Below, one piece after another: positions 9,073 through 15,965 of a stretch of 58,078 nt of DNA. Position 1 is the stretch's first letter. The number at the start of each line of letters is the position of its first letter. The stretch comes from an uncultured Candidatus Saccharibacteria bacterium (lineage in GTDB: Bacteria > Patescibacteriota > Minisyncoccia > Phycocordibacterales > DSPV01). The notes beneath the pieces are model-generated. The model did no database searches, was not told the origin of the DNA, and saw nothing but the letters and a program-made list of their open reading frames with translations. A program made the translations under genes and the position numbers. The stretch covers positions 78,260-136,337 of the forward strand of contig CAZTXT010000001.1 of the NCBI GenBank assembly GCA_964617735.1, in the 5' to 3' direction.

Positions 9073-9645
9073 ATGATCGCAAAACTCACCGGCACTGTTT
9101 CGCATCGCGGCAGCGGTTTTGTTGTCCTCGACGCGGGCCCGGTCGGCTACAAAGTCTTCGTCAAAAACGCAACGATGGAGGAGATTGTGAAAGCAGGGAC
9201 ACAACCCGTAACCCTGCTGACCTACCTTGCGGTCAAAGAGAACGGGATGGACCTCTATGGATTCCTGCACCGCGAAACAATGGAATTCTTTGAACTTTTA
9301 CTGACCGTAACCGGCATCGGTCCCAAGTCGGCACTTGCGATACTTAATATCGCGCCCGTCCCGACACTCCAGTCGGCCATCGCCTCCGGCGATCCTTCGC
9401 AGTTGACCAAAACGACCGGCATCGGAACCAAGCGCGCCGAGCGCATCGTGATGGAACTTAAAGATAAATTGGAAGTCGGCGCGGGAGAACTCGCCGTGCA
9501 TCAAGATGCTTCCGACGTACTGGAAGCACTCAAGGCGCTCGGCTATTCGCAGAAAGAAGCGCGCGATGCTCTACAGAAGCTCCCTAAAACCGGAGGAACC
9601 GCGGAAGAGAAGATAAAACAGGCACTCAAAACGCTTGGGAAATAA
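9073..9645 (+). CDS. ruvA: Holliday junction branch migration protein RuvA
   Basis: MIAKLTG, LYGF, VTGIGPKSAL, GIGTKRAERI, ALKALGYS. Confidence 0.96.
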   Translation: MIAKLTGTVSHRGSGFVVLDAGPVGYKVFVKNATMEEIVKAGTQPVTLLTYLAVKENGMDLYGFLHRETMEFFELLLTVTGIGPKSALAILNIAPVPTLQSAIASGDPSQLTKTTGIGTKRAERIVMELKDKLEVGAGELAVHQDASDVLEALKALGYSQKEARDALQKLPKTGGTAEEKIKQALKTLGK

Positions 9646-9668
9646 GCGCAGTCTAACCATCAATCATT

Positions 9669-10475
9669 ATGAATTCAGCTGAATATTCTTCCTCCGAAAG
9701 ACGACAATTGCTCGATCGTTTTTATACCCTGCGGCGCAATCTTTCAGCCCCGCACCATAAGGCGTTCACTATGGCCCAGAGCCAGATGATGGTGAAAGAA
9801 AGAGATGCGGTATTAGATGAATACGCCAAGCGCTTACCTCTCGTCCCGTTGAGCCGTTGCCCGTTTTGCGCCGAGCCGCTCGAATATTCAATAGATGTGC
9901 AGGGACTTGATGGTCCTTGGTGGTTTAATGGGCCGATGGCGGAATTCCCGCAACCCAAATGCTGCACGCACTTTCGGGTTCTGCTCGGCGCGATGGATTT
10001 TCATTCGAATCGTCCGCTTGAGACCGAGCTGATACCCGAAGTGCTGCCCGGTCCTGGGGTTCCTTTTGTCGTGCCCCGACTCCTAGAAATACCGACGATG
10101 AAAACGGTGGTCTCCAGTTTCACTATACCTCCGAACTATATGGCTTATGCGATCGCCTATTTTAGCGAAAATCCCCTTCACGGCGCTTTATTGCACCAGC
10201 CTTGGGGACGTCAGGCCTACCAAGTCCTTGACGAGAATGGAAAATATGAGGGTTGGACTGCGGCCAACGATAAGATTGATTTTGACCTCGGGCCTTGGAT
10301 TGATAAAGGTTTGGTTCTCTGGGTCAACCCGGGCGATTCGACGTTAACTCTGCAGAATCGCCCGCCCTGCCCTTACGTCAATCTTCCCGGCGTTCGGGCA
10401 CCACAGAAAATCGTCCGCGGAGAACTTGAAACCATGCCCCTCCCTACCGGCAAACGGCTTCAACCTTTCGAATAG
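9669..10475 (+). CDS. Hypothetical protein with Cys motifs, just beyond the last CRISPR repeat
   Basis: 268-aa ORF with SRCPFC, GLDGPWW and KCCTH; not a typical CPR core gene. Confidence 0.75.
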   Translation: MNSAEYSSSERRQLLDRFYTLRRNLSAPHHKAFTMAQSQMMVKERDAVLDEYAKRLPLVPLSRCPFCAEPLEYSIDVQGLDGPWWFNGPMAEFPQPKCCTHFRVLLGAMDFHSNRPLETELIPEVLPGPGVPFVVPRLLEIPTMKTVVSSFTIPPNYMAYAIAYFSENPLHGALLHQPWGRQAYQVLDENGKYEGWTAANDKIDFDLGPWIDKGLVLWVNPGDSTLTLQNRPPCPYVNLPGVRAPQKIVRGELETMPLPTGKRLQPFE

Positions 10476-10496
10476 CAGAGCCATATAGGCATTCGG

Positions 10497-10531
10497 GTTG
10501 CACACCATCCTCTTCGCAACGTTACTGCAAG
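10497..10531 (-). repeat. Repeat R6 (leader-distal, degenerate, 35 bp)
   Basis: GTTGCACACCATCCTCTTCGCAACGT--TACTGCAAG: 4 substitutions and a 2-bp deletion versus consensus. Confidence 0.85.
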
Positions 10532-10633
10532 GCCTTCCTGCAGGCAATGCATTTTATAAGTGATTCAGAGAAGCTTCAGATGAAGAGCAGGCCTGTTCGG
10601 AAATCATCCGAACAACGATTCAAGCAATGTTAT

Positions 10634-10664
10634 GAAAGAAAAAGGCCAGCTCCTGCTGGCCTTT
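10634..10664 (-). terminator. Intrinsic terminator in spacer 5
   Basis: AAAGGCCAGC-TCCT-GCTGGCCTTT stem, T-rich tail on the - strand, downstream of ORF 10690-10899. Confidence 0.7.
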
Positions 10665-10689
10665 CGTGATTGCAGCACTCCAAACTTAC

Positions 10690-10899
10690 CTAAATACCAA
10701 CTTTAGCAAGCTCTTGGGGATTGCGGAGCGTGAGCAGCCGTGCTCGCGAAATATGACCCCTCGCCAACTTTTGAAGTGCTCGAAGTTCAGACTTCTCTAC
10801 AGCGGAAAGCACTGAAGACATCTTTTTGCGTAAAAGGGTTACTCGACGGGCATTCTGCCGTTTCCTGAACTTTGATGTACTACTAGACAAGGTTTGCAT
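10690..10899 (-). CDS. Small basic hypothetical protein (spacer 5 cargo)
   Basis: 69 aa, GAAAGGA SD upstream, terminator downstream. Confidence 0.6.
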   Translation of the reverse strand: MQTLSSSTSKFRKRQNARRVTLLRKKMSSVLSAVEKSELRALQKLARGHISRARLLTLRNPQELAKVGI

Positions 10900-11061
10900 A
10901 TATAATCCTTTCTAATTCAGATGATAAGGATTATTGAATAATTTGCAATGGAGTTATTGGAAGCAAATTCAGAGCGCATGTCAGAGAGGACACTTGCACG
11001 GGGCTTCAAACATAAGCAAGGCATTTCTTAACCTTAAAGAATAGGATTTCGAGGGAAAGTG

Positions 11062-11098
11062 GTTGCACACCATTCTTTTCGCGACGTAGTACTGTAAG
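11062..11098 (-). repeat. Repeat R5 (4 mismatches)
   Basis: GTTGCACACCATTCTTTTCGCGACGTAGTACTGTAAG. Confidence 0.92.
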
Positions 11099-11132
11099 CT
11101 TTTACCGTGCGGTCGCGAGGTAGTGGGCCTTG

Positions 11133-11429
11133 TTAAGAGGGCTTGATAATTCGAGCGCGACATGCGCCAAGAAGCGCCCCCAAGAGAAAGAAGATCGGCA
11201 CTCCAAGAGAAATTTCCAACCAATATGGGGGATAAAAATCAAGAATCTCATTAAGTGCCCAGAAAGGTATCCAGGGAAATGCCAAAGGAATGCACTCAAA
11301 TCCTAAACCGGTGTATCCGGGAACAAAAATGTGGTGCATGCAAGATTCGTATAGAGCGCCAGATATCAGCGAGCTAATTCCCGCAATTGCTCCTCCGCGC
11401 AGCCAAGGTGGCCAAAACTTCCAGTGCAT
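11133..11429 (-). CDS. Small membrane protein (spacer 4 cargo)
   Basis: MHWKFWPPWLRGG..., 98 aa, TM segments; start placed just after a TG-n-TATGAT extended -10. Confidence 0.65.
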   Translation of the reverse strand: MHWKFWPPWLRGGAIAGISSLISGALYESCMHHIFVPGYTGLGFECIPLAFPWIPFWALNEILDFYPPYWLEISLGVPIFFLLGALLGACRARIIKPS

Positions 11430-11435
11430 AAGGTT

Positions 11436-11465
11436 ATCATACCAAAGGTTGTTTATCATTGTCGA
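11436..11465 (-). promoter_or_regulatory. Putative sigma70 promoter inside spacer 4
   Basis: TCGACA-N18-TATGAT with TG extension, 6 nt before the ATG. Confidence 0.45.
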
Positions 11466-11521
11466 CAAGAGTGACTGAAAAGCCGATGCACTAAGCATCG
11501 GCTGTGTGGCTCACGACGCTA

Positions 11522-11558
11522 GTTGCACAATATCCTTTTCGCGACGTAGTACTGCAAG
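11522..11558 (-). repeat. Repeat R4 (consensus)
   Basis: Exact 37-bp match. Confidence 0.97.
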
Positions 11559-12061
11559 TTTACTCATATCTGGTTCTTTCTTTTGGGCGAGCGTGCACGT
11601 CGCCAGGCCATGTTTTTGGAGGTGGAGCCACACAACATCAATGCGGTGCGACTGAACCACGGTTGTGCAATAGTTGTAGCCGCGGACGGTCGTGCCAGGT
11701 TGGCTGAGCGCGTGGCGCGAATACAACCACCGAAGATAAAGATGGAAACGGGAAGAATCTGATCCGACTGAATGCTACAGAGACGGACAAGCAAAAACCC
11801 CAGAACACGGTAAGTTGCTCTGGGGAAGCACCTCGCCAGAAACCAAGTTCTGGGGCTGGGTGAGCGTTGGGGAAATCGGAAGCCCGACGCCATCCAGGAT
11901 TAAGTATAATTGTGGATTCTCGATCGTCAAACCTGGTAGTCTGGGAGTCCTGCGGGTTGAGGACGTTTTTATAAAAATGCATTTTTTGTGAAACAGAAAC
12001 GCCCACTTTGCCGTCTTTGTGAGTAGAGTTTCCGATAAAGTGCGGGAATTCTTCAACATGC

Positions 12062-12736
12062 ATGAAGCGAGAAATCGGCTGGGCGCTCGTGCGCCTTGCA
12101 AAAATGCGCCTCTCCCCGGACGCGTGGCATCACTGGGAGCAAGTGCGCAAAGACTGGGCAATGGTTGCGCGTTTTGTGAGCCATTGCCAAAAGGTAACAA
12201 CGGGATGCCACTGCAATCTCTGGGAGGAGGGCTGCCACTGCGAAGCGGAGGCTGAAGTCCTCGTCCAAGAGACCTTGGTTCGAATAGACACAAAGTTGTT
12301 GCCAAAATGCGAGACGATGGAAGTGTGGAGAATAGGTAATTACGTGGAAGAGATTGCGCGGAACGTGGCTTATGGTGAATTCGCGAAAGCTTCAGCGCAG
12401 AAACGTGGAGGTCGTAAAGGGAAAGAGGGGCGACACCAGCTTCCAGAGCGGATTTCGTATCCCGATGCGGAAGAAAGCGAAGACCAGCGGTTGAATCTTC
12501 CTGTAGTTGCCCTCCCTACGCAGGTTCAAACTGCTTCACTCAAAGAATTCGACCAAAAAGTGCGTCGGTTATATTACGATGGCGTAATCGATGACAGAGA
12601 GCTTGAGGTTTTGAGAGACCTCATGGAAGAGCGTACGCAACGCGAGATTCGAGATCGAAGGCGTATGAGCTTGAGCCGAGTTAACGCATGCTGTAAGAAG
12701 CTGCGGGAGATTCTGCGAATGCATTGGAGTTGGTAA
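12062..12736 (+). CDS. ECF-type RNA polymerase sigma factor-like protein
   Basis: Region 2-like AEVLVQETLVRI, KRGG motif, C-terminal region 4 HTH (RTQREIRDRRRMSLSRVN). Confidence 0.65.
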   Translation: MKREIGWALVRLAKMRLSPDAWHHWEQVRKDWAMVARFVSHCQKVTTGCHCNLWEEGCHCEAEAEVLVQETLVRIDTKLLPKCETMEVWRIGNYVEEIARNVAYGEFAKASAQKRGGRKGKEGRHQLPERISYPDAEESEDQRLNLPVVALPTQVQTASLKEFDQKVRRLYYDGVIDDRELEVLRDLMEERTQREIRDRRRMSLSRVNACCKKLREILRMHWSW

Positions 12737-12755
12737 TTCTCTTCAGCCAGAAAAT

Positions 12756-12784
12756 GCCGCCTGGTTCGAAAGGAACCGGGCGGC
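12756..12784. terminator. 12-bp stem-loop between the sigma and anti-sigma-like genes
   Basis: GCCGCCTGGTTC-GAAAG-GAACCGGGCGGC. Confidence 0.45.
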
Positions 12785-12799
12785 TTACTAATACTTGAA

Positions 12800-13090
12800 A
12801 TGAGCAACTTGAACGCGAAGTCAATAGGCACGGGAACAGTTTGTATTTCGGAAGATGATCTTCTGCTTTTCGTCAGCGAGAACTTCGCTGAAACAAAAAT
12901 GGGCGCGTATGTAATTGCGGAGCACTTAAACCAGTGCCGGAAATGCCGGGACCGGGAGGGTCGGATTCGGGCGCGTTTGCAACATTTATTAACAACCGTC
13001 GCACAGATGCCGAACTGGAAGTGGCTGGATAGCGAGCATTCCGTTTACCGAGAAAAAGGCTGGCTAAAACTCAAGAGGAAGGGCGCGTAA
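12800..13090 (+). CDS. Putative zinc-binding anti-sigma (zf-HC2/ZAS) domain protein
   Basis: EHLNQCRKCR matches HxxxCxxC; directly downstream of the ECF-like gene. Confidence 0.55.
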   Translation: MSNLNAKSIGTGTVCISEDDLLLFVSENFAETKMGAYVIAEHLNQCRKCRDREGRIRARLQHLLTTVAQMPNWKWLDSEHSVYREKGWLKLKRKGA

Positions 13091-13177
13091 AGGAAAGTGC
13101 GGAGCTGGAAGAAAGGGAGCCTGCTCCGGTTTCTCAGGGTGAGTCCGATTGAATTGCTTTCGTAGGACTTGTTCGGC

Positions 13178-13432
13178 TCACTTGACCCGCTTGGCTGCGA
13201 GTTCTGCCTCGTGTAGGACGGTTGAAAGTTCCAGGCGGAGCGCGCCCGAGATCCGAAGCAATGTTTCGAGCGATGGGTTCCGTTGCTCACTTTCGATAAG
13301 GCTGATCATGCCTTGGGAAAGACCAGACATTTCTGCCAGGCGGGTCATGGAAATGTTCTGCTCTTTCCGCTTTTCACGCAATATGCGGGCGACGTGCGAA
13401 CAAACGGATTCGCGATAGCCGATTTTTGTCAC
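13178..13432 (-). CDS. XRE-family HTH transcriptional regulator
   Basis: LREKRKEQNISMTRLAEMSGLSQGMISLIESEQRNPSLETL. Confidence 0.9.
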   Translation of the reverse strand: MTKIGYRESVCSHVARILREKRKEQNISMTRLAEMSGLSQGMISLIESEQRNPSLETLLRISGALRLELSTVLHEAELAAKRVK

Positions 13433-13464
13433 AGTTAAGGGCTACCAAAAAAATCCATTGACAA

Positions 13465-13489
13465 CGGACATTACTATAGTAATAGTCCG
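13465..13489. promoter_or_regulatory. Palindromic operator in the divergent promoter region
   Basis: CGGAC-ATTACTATAGTAAT-A-GTCCG with a perfect 14-bp core palindrome, 1 nt after TTGACA (13458-13463). Confidence 0.6.
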
Positions 13490-13491
13490 AT

Positions 13492-13734
13492 ATGTTCATT
13501 CGGCGTCTTGGCCCGGATCCGCACGCAAACGGGAATCGAACCTTTGCGGTGAAAGGGTGCCCTGATATTTTCGAGCTGGATGGTGGTGATTTCGCGGTTA
13601 TCGGCACGGACATTACTGCGGTGGCCGAGAGCAAATTGCCTCCTTCTGCCAGTTGCGGGGCTGACGAAAGGGTTGTTCGAATACCCCGGAAGACCCTTGT
13701 ATTAGCGAAACCAGACATACCCGACAAGATATGA
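13492..13734 (+). CDS. Small hypothetical protein (CPDIFEL...GDFAVIG motif)
   Basis: 80-aa ORF divergent from the XRE gene; well-formed protein-like sequence. Confidence 0.7.
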   Translation: MFIRRLGPDPHANGNRTFAVKGCPDIFELDGGDFAVIGTDITAVAESKLPPSASCGADERVVRIPRKTLVLAKPDIPDKI

Positions 13735-13767
13735 GCCGCCACTTGCTTTTCGTGTTAAAATGGGCCG

Positions 13768-14223
13768 GTGGAAAGCTGGCTTGCAAAAAACTGGTTCGAA
13801 GCCGTGAGCACAATCGGGATTGTTGCCAGTCTGTTATTTACCGCGCACTCGCTGCGCGCGGAGACAAACTCACGAAGGATCAGCAATTTGATTACGTTAA
13901 CGCACAATCATCGCGAAATTTGGAGCGAATTTTTCAAAAATCCGAAATTGGAGCGGATCCTTACCGGGCAGCCAACGATTTTGGAACGCCCGATCACAAT
14001 CGAAGAAGAAATATTGGTGAATCTGGTCATTCAGCAATTGCAGAGCGTGTTTTACGCCATATCGGACAAGCTAGTACTCAAGCCGGAACAATTGGGCACA
14101 GATGTAAGGGATTTTTTGTCGCTGCCGATCCCCCGCGCAGTTTGGGAGAAGAACAAAACTCTGCAAAATCGCGATTTCGTTTCATTCGTGGCGGAGCAGC
14201 TTCAACCTCGTCGCAGTGGTTGA
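13768..14223 (+). CDS. Hypothetical protein with N-terminal TM (DUF6082-like, tentative)
   Basis: 151 aa, one TM then a helical domain; GTG start. Confidence 0.65.
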   Translation: MESWLAKNWFEAVSTIGIVASLLFTAHSLRAETNSRRISNLITLTHNHREIWSEFFKNPKLERILTGQPTILERPITIEEEILVNLVIQQLQSVFYAISDKLVLKPEQLGTDVRDFLSLPIPRAVWEKNKTLQNRDFVSFVAEQLQPRRSG

Positions 14224-14293
14224 AGCGTGCAAGAAAGGGCTTTTGACTGACTAAAACCATACGGCACAGGGGAGGCAACATATCAGGTGTCAT

Positions 14294-14515
14294 TCACAAA
14301 TCGGCAACAAGATCGGACACTTTAACGTGTAACGCATCGGAGATGCGGAGTAAGGCATGAAGGCTGATCCATTTTTCGCCTCGCTCGATTTTGCCAAGAT
14401 AGACCGGGTGGAGGTTCGCCTGTTCTGCAAGGTTTTCCTGGGTAAGTTTTGCGTGTTTCCGATGCTTCCGAATTGCTTCACCGAGATTTCGTCTTCGTTG
14501 TTGAATGCGCGACAC
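14294..14515 (-). CDS. XRE-family HTH regulator
   Basis: IRKHRKHAKLTQENLAEQANLHPVYLGKIERGEKWISL. Confidence 0.9.
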   Translation of the reverse strand: MSRIQQRRRNLGEAIRKHRKHAKLTQENLAEQANLHPVYLGKIERGEKWISLHALLRISDALHVKVSDLVADL

Positions 14516-14706
14516 AGTCGTTTAGGAGAGCAAGAAGCGCAGGCGGAAAACACACCCCATAGGGGTTCATTTTGTTCTTGCATTTGGGAAGGGTTTTGTC
14601 AGTATCGGCATAGCGTGGGCGATGGTTCAGTCTATTGGCGGCGCTCCACTGGCTGAGTTTCCATCCTTCCGGGAGTTGCATTTAGAAGTCAGCAGAGAAC
14701 TTAATC

Positions 14707-15957
14707 ATGAAAACGAGTAGACCAATTGGGACTTCAGCGGGTCTTTTGATTCTGATAGTAGTGTGGTTTGCGCCGGGAGGACTTGCTCAAGTGAACAGTG
14801 GGAGTGACGGGCGTGATGGCCCACTCGATCCCGGAATATGCCCAGGCGGGGCGTGTAGTGTCGTCATCGACATGCACGATCATCCAGATGGGGTTTATCA
14901 ATATACTGCCGTTAATATGGCTCCTGGAGTTACTGTGACGTTTGTGCCAAATTCGAATAATACTCCGGTTGTTTGGTTGGTGCAGAGCAACTGTGTAATT
15001 AGCGGAGGCGCAACCGTCATTGTGACGGCACAAGGTGGGAGCGGTGGGTCAGGTGGGGCAGGAGGGCCCGGTGGATTTCGCGGAGGCAATGGAGGAACGC
15101 TTAGCGCTGGAGGAATGGGGCCTGGCGGGGGATTGGCGGGCGGCTACGTTGGCGGCACTGGATCATATGGAATGTTTGGCACGAATGCCGCGGGGACTAC
15201 TAATGGAGATGGAGCTATCTATGGAAATCAATTTCTGCTGCCCCTGGTTGGCGGTTCCGGTGGGGCTGGCTCAATGGGAAGTTGTAGCACCATCGCCTTT
15301 GGCGGCGGGGGCGGCGGGGGAGCGCTATTGATTGTCGCGTCCGGAAGAATCCTGCTGGATGGGAGTATCGAGGCATGCGGTGGTCCAGCATGCGGAGGAT
15401 TTTACGCCTGTCCTGGAGGATTCAGCACGAATATCGCGGGAGGTGATGGCAGCGGGGGGGCGGTGAGGCTAGTTGCCTCACAAATTCTTGGCAGCGGCAG
15501 CATCTATACCGGTCGCTCAGGAAGCTATTGCGGTGAGGCCAGTTTTGGAGGTTTAGGAAGAGTCAGACTTGACTCCCCGGATTTAAACTTCGGTGGAATA
15601 ATTACGGCTGTAGCAAGTCAAGGATTCCAGCCGATAATTATTCCTTCACAAGGGACAGGTGTTCAACTAGCGATTGCAAGCATTGGCGGAGTACCGGTTT
15701 CTGCGTCTCCAACTGGACAACTTGCAACTCCTGACGCTGTGCTCTCCAGTCAGCAGAGCAACCCTATTCCCATCGTTGTGAATTGCTCGAATATTCCGTT
15801 AAACACGCAGATCACGGTGGTAGTCAGGCCAGCTACTGGCCCGGCTGTAAGCGCGACAGGACTCAACAACACTGGGACGCTCTTGGCGAGCACGGCTACC
15901 GTTTTGCTTAATATGCCGCGAGGCGGGGGAATCATTTACGCAACTGCAGCAAACTAA
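14707..15957 (+). CDS. Secreted glycine-rich protein
   Basis: Signal peptide, SGSDGRDG, long G-rich tracts, C-terminal beta-sandwich-like region. Confidence 0.8.
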   Translation: MKTSRPIGTSAGLLILIVVWFAPGGLAQVNSGSDGRDGPLDPGICPGGACSVVIDMHDHPDGVYQYTAVNMAPGVTVTFVPNSNNTPVVWLVQSNCVISGGATVIVTAQGGSGGSGGAGGPGGFRGGNGGTLSAGGMGPGGGLAGGYVGGTGSYGMFGTNAAGTTNGDGAIYGNQFLLPLVGGSGGAGSMGSCSTIAFGGGGGGGALLIVASGRILLDGSIEACGGPACGGFYACPGGFSTNIAGGDGSGGAVRLVASQILGSGSIYTGRSGSYCGEASFGGLGRVRLDSPDLNFGGIITAVASQGFQPIIIPSQGTGVQLAIASIGGVPVSASPTGQLATPDAVLSSQQSNPIPIVVNCSNIPLNTQITVVVRPATGPAVSATGLNNTGTLLASTATVLLNMPRGGGIIYATAAN

Positions 15958-15965
15958 AACGCCGG

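Noticed and set aside
11662-11671. GTTGTGCAAT resembling an inverted repeat end
   Set aside because: Short and imperfect, with no extension into the rest of the repeat.
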